From positions 1 through 24,944 of the forward strand of contig JASLKH010000043.1 in the NCBI GenBank assembly GCA_030747675.1: 24,944 bases of DNA, read 5' to 3'. Of this stretch, positions 7,428-16,499 are shown in pieces. The notes below the pieces were generated by a model. It saw only the letters and a list, made by a program, of their open reading frames with translations. It was not told the DNA's origin and did not search any database. How positions within the stretch are numbered: position 1 is the first letter of the stretch; each line of letters opens with the position of its first letter. This DNA is from Candidatus Thalassarchaeaceae archaeon (lineage in GTDB: Archaea; Thermoplasmatota; Poseidoniia; Poseidoniales; Thalassarchaeaceae). The translations under genes were made by a program, and so were the position numbers.

Positions 7428-8369
7428 ATGGCGCGTCTGCCTCGCCCAGAAAACATGACAGAGGAAATTCCAGAGGATCCGGAGTTGCCGGTCGGACAAT
7501 TATTGATGCCGATAGTTATGCTAATTTTCATGTCATTTATCCTTCTAAACCCTGGTCTTCGCGATGGCATGGCTTCAATCGCTGGAGGATTTTTAGAACC
7601 TGCCCTACCCCATCATGACCGATATTTCGTCCCCACTGTACTTCTTCTCGGTTCGTCAATAATGATTGTGAATACATTGTTCAGATCGTTCTTCATGGAT
7701 CCCCTTGCACAGGCGCATCTCAATCACAGAAATCGGCAATTGAGAAAATTGATGAATGAAGCGAGGTTGTCCCGTGATCATGTGCGACTTGAAAAAATAA
7801 GTAAAATGCAATTGCATTTAATGCCCGAAACAACAAAATTACAGATGTCTATGATGAAACCAATGATGTTCACAATGATTTTTATTATTGGCATATTTTC
7901 TTGGATGTATATCATGGTTGATGATTTCAGAGTAGGTTATGTTAGTTTACCATGGTCGCCACAATGGTCATTCAATGAAAGAGTAATTATTTTCCCAGCA
8001 TGGATTGCTGCATATATCACCCTCAGTGCCCCACTGGGTCGTATTGTTGACCGCCACATTCGATTATTCAGGTACAAATCTCACCCATTAGTGACTTCTG
8101 GTGAAAAACTAGAGGAGCCTTTGTTGGTCCTTCTAAAGGAAAAGAAAACGAAGAAACAAGGTAGCCGAAGAACTCAACGTAGTCAACGAAGGATGCGAGG
8201 GAGCAAAGACAGCGGTGAGGAAGAAACTACAGAAGTGGCCCCAAAGGGCAGAAATCGAAGTCAAGCTATCTCGGGGGAAAATTGCCCCAGTTGTATCGGC
8301 GAAGATGTTGTAAGGACAAGCAATGGACGCTTGCGCTGTCAAATTTGCTTTGAGGAGTGGAGGCGATGA
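7428..8369 (+). CDS. EMC3/TMCO1 (DUF106, Oxa1-superfamily) membrane insertase with C-terminal basic region and Zn ribbon
   Basis: TM, coiled coil, then Met-rich MMKPMMFTMIFIIGIFSWMY and a last TM WIAAYITLS. It occupies the canonical archaeal position upstream of cmk and cbf5. TTGAA lies 25 nt before ATG 7428. Confidence 0.85.
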   Translation: MARLPRPENMTEEIPEDPELPVGQLLMPIVMLIFMSFILLNPGLRDGMASIAGGFLEPALPHHDRYFVPTVLLLGSSIMIVNTLFRSFFMDPLAQAHLNHRNRQLRKLMNEARLSRDHVRLEKISKMQLHLMPETTKLQMSMMKPMMFTMIFIIGIFSWMYIMVDDFRVGYVSLPWSPQWSFNERVIIFPAWIAAYITLSAPLGRIVDRHIRLFRYKSHPLVTSGEKLEEPLLVLLKEKKTKKQGSRRTQRSQRRMRGSKDSGEEETTEVAPKGRNRSQAISGENCPSCIGEDVVRTSNGRLRCQICFEEWRR

Positions 8370-8370
8370 A

Positions 8371-8901
8371 TTGGTTCATCTCACAGTAAGCGGGCACCCA
8401 GGTTCCGGGACTACTACGCTTGTTTCCAATCTTTGTCGTAGAAACGGTTGGACTAGTGTTAATGGTGGTGAAATATTTCGCGAAGAAGCGGCGCGGCGCG
8501 GAATGAATCTTGAAGAGTTCAGTATTCTTTGCGTCAATGACGAAGAGGTTGATCGTAACCTAGACCTAGAATTAAAACGTAGAATGTCCTTAGATAATGG
8601 CCCAGATATTGTTGAAAGCAGACTTGCTGGATGGTGGGCATATCGACTTAATATTGACTGCATTCGTGTTTGGTTATCTGTTAGTGAAAATGAGCGTGCG
8701 CTCCGAGTAGTTAACCGTGAAGGGGGGTCTGTTGATTACCAACAAGAAAAAATTGTCCAACGGATGGAGGCTGATGCTTCTCGATATGCAAAATTGTATG
8801 ATATCAATATTGAATCTATGGAGCCGTACAATTGCATCATCGAAGGAGACGAAATAGGAGCTGAAAAAGTACTCGAACAAGTATTGGCTCACATGGGGTG
8901 A
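8371..8901 (+). CDS. cmk: Archaeal cytidylate kinase (start moved to TTG 8371)
   Basis: TVSGHPGSGTTT P-loop, GGEIFREEA and IVESRLAGW. GGAGG at 8359-8363 lies 7 nt before the TTG. Conserved DUF106-cmk-cbf5 order. Confidence 0.92.
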   Translation: MVHLTVSGHPGSGTTTLVSNLCRRNGWTSVNGGEIFREEAARRGMNLEEFSILCVNDEEVDRNLDLELKRRMSLDNGPDIVESRLAGWWAYRLNIDCIRVWLSVSENERALRVVNREGGSVDYQQEKIVQRMEADASRYAKLYDINIESMEPYNCIIEGDEIGAEKVLEQVLAHMG

Positions 8902-8905
8902 AAAT

Positions 8906-9874
8906 ATGGTGCGAATTATTACTGACTCAGATGCTTCGACTTCAAGTGGCCATGGTTGTCCGCCTTCAGAACGCTCTATCGAAGAATTGATTGATGCTGG
9001 AATGATTGTGATAGATAAACCAAAGGGGCCGAATAGTCACCAAGTATCTGCTTGGGCTCGTGATTTGCTAGGTATCGAAAAATTAGGCCACGGTGGAACT
9101 CTTGATCCATTTGCAACAGGAGTATTGGTTTTACTGGCTGGTAAATCCATGAGGTTGACAAAAAAAGTTCTAGGGCACGACAAAACGTATGTCTGTGTTT
9201 TGCATTCCAAAACGAATTTCGATGAAGGTGCACTGGACCGTGCATTGCAGCAATTATCGGGAGAAGTATACAATGTCCCGCCTGAAATTTCAGCAGTTAA
9301 AGTCCAAGTTCGTAGCCGTAGAATAAGAAGTAAATTGACGGATGTAATTGGAGGTGATGCTGTGATTCATGTCAATTGCGAGTCGGGGACATACATTCGA
9401 ACCCTCGCCAGAGATTTAGGTTTGCTACTTGGTTTCCCTGTGGAATTGAAAGAGTTGAGACGAACTAAATCCGGTAGATTTAATGAAAAATCATCCATTA
9501 GTTTACATGAATTGACTGACGCAATATGGTTGTGGCAAGAAAAAGGGGATGAATCTGCAATTCGTAAAATAATTCAACCCATCGAATCAGTTGTGCAAGA
9601 TTTGCCCTCGATTTTGATCAAAGATGGTGCTGCAAGTGCAATTGCACACGGGGCCTCATTGCTAAGACCTGGGGTTGTTTCTATTGATGCTGATTTAGCA
9701 CGAGGTGATCGAGTTCAGATTCTTACACTGAAAAATGAGCTCGTTGCCGTTGCAACTATGCTAGTGAGATCTGAAATGATTGAAAGCATGACTGAGGGGG
9801 AAATAGCAAAACCGGAAGCTGTTTTCCTCGGTTCAGAGGTATACCCTCGAGCGTGGAAAAAGTCAACTTCATAA
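8906..9874 (+). CDS. cbf5: H/ACA RNA-guided / tRNA pseudouridine synthase Cbf5 (TruB family, PUA domain)
   Basis: IDKPKGPNSHQV, GHGGTLDP (catalytic Asp), CESGTYIRTL, ELRRTKSG and a C-terminal PUA domain. GGGGTGA RBS. Confidence 0.95.
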   Translation: MVRIITDSDASTSSGHGCPPSERSIEELIDAGMIVIDKPKGPNSHQVSAWARDLLGIEKLGHGGTLDPFATGVLVLLAGKSMRLTKKVLGHDKTYVCVLHSKTNFDEGALDRALQQLSGEVYNVPPEISAVKVQVRSRRIRSKLTDVIGGDAVIHVNCESGTYIRTLARDLGLLLGFPVELKELRRTKSGRFNEKSSISLHELTDAIWLWQEKGDESAIRKIIQPIESVVQDLPSILIKDGAASAIAHGASLLRPGVVSIDADLARGDRVQILTLKNELVAVATMLVRSEMIESMTEGEIAKPEAVFLGSEVYPRAWKKSTS

Positions 9875-9891
9875 GTTACTTTCTTCAACCA

Positions 9892-9966
9892 TCATGCTTG
9901 TTCATATTCTTCGTAAACCCACGTCTCACTTTCAAGACGGATTTTCAATTTCGTCATACCGTACAT
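9892..9966 (-). CDS. Possible 24-aa small protein MYGMTKLKIRLESETWVYEEYEQA
   Basis: The only apparent unit in the 224-bp gap between convergent genes. Preceded by G-rich GGGGTGGGGATAGGGG, a hairpin (9985-10000) and AATGGTTATACC (10033-10044). No family recognised. Confidence 0.3.
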   Translation of the reverse strand: MYGMTKLKIRLESETWVYEEYEQA

Positions 9967-10098
9967 CCCCTATCCCCACCCCCTGGTCGGAGCACCAACC
10001 ATTGCAGGAACGTCTTGAAGATGAACCGATATGGTATAACCATTAAGGCAGAATTGGGGATTATCAGCCCATACTACACTTTTCCAGTAGAAGAATCA

Positions 10099-12546
10099 TC
10101 ATTCTATCTTCCGAATTCGATTTGGTCCAATCTGAATGAATATAATAGCAAGTAGGAATACTAAAGTTGCAATGAACCAAATTATCTCCACGGTAAAGCC
10201 GTCGTCATCCGACGAAGATGTTTCAGACACTTCATTATAATCATCGGCAAATATTTCAATCGATGTCGACCAATGATTGTTGATTTCATTTGTTTCTTCA
10301 ATGTCAGAGGTCCAATCAATTTCAATTTCTAAATCGACCATGCCTGCTGCCTCGGAAACAACCCAGTCACAACTTGCGGATTCTAATGTACCTGCCTCAA
10401 CCACAGCAATTGTTGTAGTGTCAACGCTTCTACCATCGATATTGCAGCGGATAGTCACTGGTTGAGCGAGACTTCCCCCACTATTCCTAACAAATATGTC
10501 AATCGCGTATATATCTCCAGTCGAAATACCGCTCCCTTCGGTTATCAAATTCCTAATGTCAACGGATTGGACCCATAAATCAGGTAATTCTGTAGCGATT
10601 ACTGTCATTGTCTGATTGATTTCGCTAGTTCCATCAGAAACTACTACTTGGACATTGAAGGTTCCTGATGCAATAGGTGACACAAGCAGTTGTCCTGCAT
10701 AGTATGACACCCATTCATGGTTGAATGAGATTAGGATGTTCTGCGAGTTTGTATCAATATCAGAATAGTAAAAATCTATTTCAGCGGTTTGCCCTACTTC
10801 CACTGTTACTGTCAAAGGTAACGATTCCATAGTCGGGGCGTCATCATCTTCACTAATTGTAAATGCGATAGAGTCTGTCCAAGTATTCCCTGTTTGATCT
10901 TCCACTGTGATCTGTACTGCGCCAGCACCGTATGCATTAGGTTGGGGTTGCATTCGTATTTGCCCGTTCACAAAATTACCCTCTAAGAGATGTGGTGAAT
11001 CGCTCACTACAGTCACAGAAAGTGCATCGTTGGATGTATAATCATCTCCACAAGTATACAAGAAATCAAGAAGACGGCCGCCACCATCTTCAACAAAATA
11101 TTGATCCGACAGGCTTGTGCATGAGGGGTCAAGATCCCATTCAACAACATAACCGCCAGAAATTACCATTTCATCGACATTAACAACAATTGATTCAGGA
11201 CTCCCATCGCTAGACCAAAAGAATCTAGTTGAAACGCCAATATCAATCAAACCTCCTGATTCTGGTATTAAATGTCCCACTGGAATTGTAAATGTAAATG
11301 GTCCAGAAGTAATATCAAAACTCGCAATTTCTTCACCATTCATCGCGAATTTTACGAATCCAGCGCCACCCACCATCGAATTTATTGCCCCACTTATTGA
11401 ACCATTGATAGTAATGGTTGGGTCATTTATATCCACCCTTATCTCCTCAATACAACCATCTATCACTGTACCCTGAAATTTGAGGTATTTACCACTTGGG
11501 AGTATATCTTGAGGGGAGATGGAATTAAATTCCGACCAAAAAGTACCATCAGTAGACTCGGAAACTTTCCAACTTGCGTTGCCTGCAACGGTCGTATGGA
11601 ATCGTCCCCATTCTTGTTCAAACGGTTTTTCGATCGGGTCGGTTGTCCACGTACCTGAATTCGCACCAGTATTTTCAAGCCCACAAGAAGAAATTGTTAA
11701 CCCATTTACTGTACCTGTTGTAACAGCAATTGGGAAAATTGGACTTTCATCAACAACAGTAGAATGAGTAGCTTTGGCCATTTCAAAAGTGCTCCAAGGT
11801 TGCATATACCGAACCCATATCCCAATGGCATCTACTTGAACTTCAGAATCGTCTGTTCCACCCACCGAGACATAATCGACAATGGCATTGATTTGAGACA
11901 ACTCATTCCACGACCATGATTTCACTTCATCAAGGGGAAATTCCTTGGCATTATTCTGCATGTAATTGACTGCATTCATTGTGTGTGAATACGTTTTGAG
12001 GTGATGTGATGCCCCATTTGATTCAACTAATATATCGACACTGTCAGTTTGCAAACTCTCAGGTATACGGAATGCCACAATGAGGGAGGCATTTACAATA
12101 ATATTAGTTCCACCTTCTGAAATATCAAAATTTTCAACTTCTATTGTGGGGCCCTTTGACCATGCAAAACCGCCATCCGAATCGCCATCACCATCTGCGT
12201 CACAAACAGGTATTGACGATGGATTTAAACAATCAGGTGCTCCCAAACTCAAATTGTCACCTGTCCCTGAATATGACCCCCATGCAGTGAACTCTCCGTA
12301 ATTAGTTGGCCTAGAATGTGTGAATGAAAGGTGATTATCAGCAACCATAGCCACTGTGTAATCTGCAACCACCTCACTGTATGCTTTATGGGTTACAAGC
12401 GACCACTGTGATGGATTATCGAAATGTCCAGCAGGTAGCATGTCGACTTCTTCTGAGCGAATGACTGTGTCAGCACTAACACTGCAAGACAGTAACGAAC
12501 TAAGCAACAGAATTGTCAGAATCGTTGGCACTGAGTGGTTGCGCAT
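10099..12546 (-). CDS. Secreted, C-terminally anchored surface protein (815 aa) with cadherin/Ig-like repeats and a CARDB domain
   Basis: Signal peptide ending VSA-DT and Ca-binding-like DADGDGDSDG. Cadherin-like segments DDAPTMESLPLTVTVEVGQ and QPQPNAYG..QITVED. CARDB PDLWVQSVDI...VRNSG...IEETNEINN. C-terminal TM followed by the basic tail RIRK. Confidence 0.85.
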   Translation of the reverse strand: MRNHSVPTILTILLLSSLLSCSVSADTVIRSEEVDMLPAGHFDNPSQWSLVTHKAYSEVVADYTVAMVADNHLSFTHSRPTNYGEFTAWGSYSGTGDNLSLGAPDCLNPSSIPVCDADGDGDSDGGFAWSKGPTIEVENFDISEGGTNIIVNASLIVAFRIPESLQTDSVDILVESNGASHHLKTYSHTMNAVNYMQNNAKEFPLDEVKSWSWNELSQINAIVDYVSVGGTDDSEVQVDAIGIWVRYMQPWSTFEMAKATHSTVVDESPIFPIAVTTGTVNGLTISSCGLENTGANSGTWTTDPIEKPFEQEWGRFHTTVAGNASWKVSESTDGTFWSEFNSISPQDILPSGKYLKFQGTVIDGCIEEIRVDINDPTITINGSISGAINSMVGGAGFVKFAMNGEEIASFDITSGPFTFTIPVGHLIPESGGLIDIGVSTRFFWSSDGSPESIVVNVDEMVISGGYVVEWDLDPSCTSLSDQYFVEDGGGRLLDFLYTCGDDYTSNDALSVTVVSDSPHLLEGNFVNGQIRMQPQPNAYGAGAVQITVEDQTGNTWTDSIAFTISEDDDAPTMESLPLTVTVEVGQTAEIDFYYSDIDTNSQNILISFNHEWVSYYAGQLLVSPIASGTFNVQVVVSDGTSEINQTMTVIATELPDLWVQSVDIRNLITEGSGISTGDIYAIDIFVRNSGGSLAQPVTIRCNIDGRSVDTTTIAVVEAGTLESASCDWVVSEAAGMVDLEIEIDWTSDIEETNEINNHWSTSIEIFADDYNEVSETSSSDDDGFTVEIIWFIATLVFLLAIIFIQIGPNRIRKIE

Positions 12547-12660
12547 GAATATGGGGCAGTGTAGCGGCTCTTTGAAACCGTCGGGTACACGCGTCTTCTG
12601 AATGTACCATATATTGGCGCGGGTTGAAATACCGAGCGCAGGTGGCCAAGATTACATCGT

Positions 12661-12736
12661 GGCTGCGGTGGTCTAGTGGTTAGGACGGTAGATTGTGGCT
12701 CTGCCACCCCGGGTTCAACTCCCGGTCGCGGCCCCA
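12661..12736 (+). tRNA. trnH: tRNA-His (anticodon GUG), with G-1 and CCA genomically encoded
   Basis: G-GCTGCGG.../TCGCGGC-C-CCA acceptor; anticodon arm GTAGA-TT-GTG-GC-TCTGC; T-arm CCGGG-TTCAACT-CCCGG. Confidence 0.96.
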
Positions 12737-12823
12737 TTTACTATTCAAATGTCATATTCTTTGATATCAAGACAGTGAAAGGAGTACTCGGGGTCTAAAT
12801 AGAGACCGCTGCCGGGACCCGAC

Positions 12824-14296
12824 ATGGACGCAGCGAGTTTTCTTGATCTCGGTATTGACAAATACCTAACTCGTGCTCTTTCAAAGCAAGGGATTGATAC
12901 TCCTTTTGAAGTTCAAATCGAAGCCATCCCTCCTGCCATGAAAGGGAAAGATGTCTGTTGCAGAGCACCTACTGGGTCGGGGAAAACACTTGCATTTGGG
13001 CTTCCATTACTTGCTCGATGTCGGCGCGCAGAAGCATATCTTCCTACTGCATTAATTCTCACACCTACTCGTGAATTAGCCGAGCAAATTTGTACCGTTC
13101 TAACACCACTTGCAAATGAAATTAATTTGGAAGTATTAGCAATTTATGGAGGTACGCCGTACTCAAAACAAAGGCGTGCATTGGAAAGAGGGGTTGACAT
13201 CATTGTTGCTTGTCCAGGAAGGCTTCTTGATTTATTCGAACATGAAGCACTCGGCCTAGAAGATGTTGACATCGTAGTACTCGACGAAGCTGACAGAATG
13301 GCAGACATGGGTTTTATGGAACCTGTTTGCGAAATTCTAGATGCATGTGCTTCAGAGCGACAAACTGTATTGTTTAGTGCAACACTCGACGATGATGTAG
13401 CGGATTTAGTTTCCAAATACCAACAACAGCCCGAAGTCATTGAAGTTGGTCCGAAAGAAGTTAGCATGGACAGCATGCAGCACTTTTTCTGGTTGATGCC
13501 GAATTCAAAGAAAGCTGAAATTGCAGCAGAATCTGTCAGAAAGATGGGTCGAAGTGTGATTTTTTGTAGAACGCGCGCTGGTGTAGACCGAATCGGGGAT
13601 GAATTAGAGGACCAGGGTTTACAAGTAACTACAATCCATGGTGGATTGACTCAGAAACAAAGAGACCGTGCGATGCGTAATTTCGCAGATGGAGAATACA
13701 TTGCTCTTATTGCAACAGATGTTGCTGCACGGGGAATTGACATTCAGGGGATCCAGTGCGTAATACACTTCGATCCACCCGAAAATGGGAAGGCGTACAA
13801 ACATCGTAGTGGTCGAACAGCCAGGGCAGGTACAAATGGTGTAGTTATTTCACTAGTTCAAAAACCACAGAAGAGGTCTTTTAGTCGGATTCAACGAGAT
13901 GTGGGAATTAGAGTTCAATTCACACCTCCTGACTTCACAGAATTACCTCACTCTGATTTCAAATATACAGGGAAGCCTCGAAAAAATAGGGTTAATGTTG
14001 CAAATTCACATCGTCGCAATGACCGGCAACGCAGGAATGACCATCAGCGAAATAAATCGCAGTACGGAAGAGGGAGAGGGAGGCAACGGGGACCCCGGGA
14101 TAACGAGCAGAGGGATGGTAAATCAACTTCAAAAAAAGCACGACGTGGTGAACGACACAAGAGGCAGAAACAACATCCCACTGCTGCGAAGAACACTAAC
14201 AATGCTTCTCGAAGAGTAAACCGAAAAAAATCTGCAAAGAGAAGGGTTAACTCACCTACTGCAAAACCTTCTTTCAAAAAATACTCTAAAAAGTAA
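12824..14296 (+). CDS. DEAD-box RNA helicase with long basic C-terminal tail
   Basis: Q motif PFEVQ, APTGSGKT, PTRELA, VLDEAD, SAT, ATDVAARGID and HRSGRTAR. R/K/N/Q-rich tail. Confidence 0.96.
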   Translation: MDAASFLDLGIDKYLTRALSKQGIDTPFEVQIEAIPPAMKGKDVCCRAPTGSGKTLAFGLPLLARCRRAEAYLPTALILTPTRELAEQICTVLTPLANEINLEVLAIYGGTPYSKQRRALERGVDIIVACPGRLLDLFEHEALGLEDVDIVVLDEADRMADMGFMEPVCEILDACASERQTVLFSATLDDDVADLVSKYQQQPEVIEVGPKEVSMDSMQHFFWLMPNSKKAEIAAESVRKMGRSVIFCRTRAGVDRIGDELEDQGLQVTTIHGGLTQKQRDRAMRNFADGEYIALIATDVAARGIDIQGIQCVIHFDPPENGKAYKHRSGRTARAGTNGVVISLVQKPQKRSFSRIQRDVGIRVQFTPPDFTELPHSDFKYTGKPRKNRVNVANSHRRNDRQRRNDHQRNKSQYGRGRGRQRGPRDNEQRDGKSTSKKARRGERHKRQKQHPTAAKNTNNASRRVNRKKSAKRRVNSPTAKPSFKKYSKK

Positions 14297-16423
14297 CTAT
14301 TCTAGAATTCCTTTATTTTCGCCTAGCGATAAGTTTCCTGGAGGCAAGGTAGCCAATATGTCATCCTGTAGGAGGCCTGTTGATTTCGCAATTTTATTCG
14401 CTACAATTTCCTTTTTCTGATGCCCAGGGGTTATTTTCACCCAATGGTTACAAATTGTCGAAATTACACGATGTGGACCAATTATGGGCAGAGGGATACC
14501 ATTGATTGCAACAGTCCCCAATGTTAGTTCTAATGGAACATCACGATACCACTTCCGGGTCCCTCGCACAACAAATGAGCCCCTCCCAAGACTTTCACCA
14601 GTTTCAGTGGTTTTTGAAACCTGGCCGGGTTTCGCATGGAAAGCTGTTGCACCACCGCCACCGGAACCCCATGCACGCGACCAACAAACTGCCATTTGGG
14701 CAGCACATTCCAGTGATGCTTCATCAAAATCTTCCAAATCTAAATTTTGTGAAATTCGATAAGCCGGTAAATCATCTGGAAGAAGAGGGTTTGGATTAGG
14801 ATCTTGTTCAAAACCGTCGCGCAACTTCAATGCGCAAGAGGGAGCCCCGTGCAAATCTGCATGGAAGTAGAGGTCAATTGTCGAAAGATGCTTTTTGACT
14901 ACTTGGTCATTACCTTTGGCATCACGGCCACCAATCAAAAGTTGTCCACTTGACAACATTGTCCATCGATTTCTTTCAAACCAGAACTTCTTGCTCCTTT
15001 TCGTCACACTTACTCGTCCTGCTGCTTGATCTTTAACACGTTTTTTCTCAACTTTCTTTTGCTTTTCTTGTGTTTCCAAAAGAGCCTTCTTCGCTCCTTC
15101 AGCGCGATGCTTGTCCTTCCTACCCTTGTTGAAATATCTCTGTGCATTTTGATGGACTGTCTCATCCAAGAATAACTCCACGGATTGACCAGGATTGCCA
15201 TCCTCATCCGGTAATTTAGCACGAATGGTTCTATTGCGAGGGTCGGCTGATTCAATCCAATCAATTTCTTTTATTGCTGCACGAGTTGAATCCCACCCAC
15301 TCAATTCGATTGACTGCCGTACTTGCTCCAGCAATTGTTCTACATGACTCCAATTTTCTTGGACTGATTTGCCAATATGCTGCTGTTTAGCGCCTTTAAC
15401 TGCTAATTTTTCAACAGCAGACTCCTGCTGCTTTTCTCTTCTTTCCAACTTTTCTTTTTCCGCATCAGATTGACCAGGTGCGGTGATTGCTGCTATTTTC
15501 TCAGCCTCTCGCCTTGCAAGCGCACTTGAATCATGCAAGCCTTTCCAACCATCAACTGCTGCTGAAAGTGATGTGAATTCTATTGTTTCATATTCAGGTG
15601 TTTCAAGTAATTGGATTGGCCTAACTTCCTTACAATGTTCAGACAGAATTACATCTTTTTCTGCACCTATTTTAACAGAATTGTATTGTGAAGCAGCATC
15701 GAGATTCAAAACTGCAATAGCTTTTGTTGATGACTCTATTTCCTCAAAAAGGGATTGTAAAACAGAAAACAATGAAGAGGCATCACTAACTTCTGCGGCA
15801 GGCACGGAAGGGTCCATGTTCGCTGCAGAGCAAATTGACTTGGCGTAAATTGAACCGAGGTTCATTTTGCCAGCTAATGTATGCAGCAAATCGCGATCCG
15901 ATGTTTGCAAAACCTCCAGCAAATCATTTGAGGTAAGGTTACGAGGGTCCATTGGTTCAGGGGGCGCAATATATTCCTCGCCCTTTTTGATTGTACGATA
16001 TTCGTATTTCACATGTGTCAATGGTTGAATAATAATATTACTTTCATCGACCAATATGACGTTTCCATTTCGGAACATCTCAATTATCAATTCTCTTTTA
16101 CCCACTTTTGTATCGAATTCAAGAACTAAAATTCGGTCAAACCCTAATTGGCGCGCGCTGATTAATCGTGCATTCCCCAAGTGTTTTCGTAATAACATTG
16201 CAAATTGTGGAGGTTGTAGCGGCATTGGTCTGTCTCTCTGACTAAAGTAAACTCGTTGCCCTCGAACGATGACTAAATCCTGATTTGGGTTATTTTTGGG
16301 ATTTATTCTCAAAACAATTTGCTCATAATGAGGTTGGTACATTTTTTTGCATCGAGCCCCGGAAAAAGCATCGATTTCTAATGCCATTCGGGCAATATCG
16401 AATGCTGACATCTGTTCTCGCAT
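14297..16423 (-). CDS. rqcH: Ribosome quality-control factor Rqc2/RqcH (NFACT family; start moved to 16423)
   Basis: MSAFDI start, FAMLLRKHL, QLGFDRIL (DR motif), IEMFRNGNVILVD, QNAQRYF coiled coil, NFACT-R segment WFERNRW...GGRDAKGND...YFHADLHGAPS, and C-terminal LPPG. Confidence 0.93.
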   Translation of the reverse strand: MREQMSAFDIARMALEIDAFSGARCKKMYQPHYEQIVLRINPKNNPNQDLVIVRGQRVYFSQRDRPMPLQPPQFAMLLRKHLGNARLISARQLGFDRILVLEFDTKVGKRELIIEMFRNGNVILVDESNIIIQPLTHVKYEYRTIKKGEEYIAPPEPMDPRNLTSNDLLEVLQTSDRDLLHTLAGKMNLGSIYAKSICSAANMDPSVPAAEVSDASSLFSVLQSLFEEIESSTKAIAVLNLDAASQYNSVKIGAEKDVILSEHCKEVRPIQLLETPEYETIEFTSLSAAVDGWKGLHDSSALARREAEKIAAITAPGQSDAEKEKLERREKQQESAVEKLAVKGAKQQHIGKSVQENWSHVEQLLEQVRQSIELSGWDSTRAAIKEIDWIESADPRNRTIRAKLPDEDGNPGQSVELFLDETVHQNAQRYFNKGRKDKHRAEGAKKALLETQEKQKKVEKKRVKDQAAGRVSVTKRSKKFWFERNRWTMLSSGQLLIGGRDAKGNDQVVKKHLSTIDLYFHADLHGAPSCALKLRDGFEQDPNPNPLLPDDLPAYRISQNLDLEDFDEASLECAAQMAVCWSRAWGSGGGGATAFHAKPGQVSKTTETGESLGRGSFVVRGTRKWYRDVPLELTLGTVAINGIPLPIIGPHRVISTICNHWVKITPGHQKKEIVANKIAKSTGLLQDDILATLPPGNLSLGENKGILE

Positions 16424-16499
16424 CAAACGGCCCCATTGGGGGGTGCACAATCCCCTTCATCAGCCAATCGCTTATGACGGGCGGACGTTTCCAGCAATC

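Noticed and set aside
9892-9894. TGA readthrough (selenocysteine) extending the 24-aa ORF
   Set aside because: The continuation is simply antisense to cbf5, with no recognisable motif or SECIS-like element.
9875-10098. H/ACA guide RNA next to cbf5
   Set aside because: I could not identify a long hairpin with a pseudouridylation pocket, K-turn and terminal ACA. An Infernal search would be needed to exclude it fully.
12484-12546. Lipobox (LLSC) in the 815-aa surface protein
   Set aside because: Poor fit to the lipobox consensus. A standard signal peptidase site (VSA-DT) follows, and the protein already has a C-terminal anchor.
12661-12830. tRNA-His as the integration site of an island
   Set aside because: No integrase and no duplicated tRNA 3' end was noticed in the window. 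Downstream genes include core rqcH.
16347-16499. ORF-track N-terminus of the 403-aa ORF; likewise the 5' extensions 400-528, 7371-7427, 8323-8370 and 24128-24304
   Set aside because: They overlap neighbouring genes or promoter regions. Downstream starts fit the RBS or promoter spacing and the family N-termini better.
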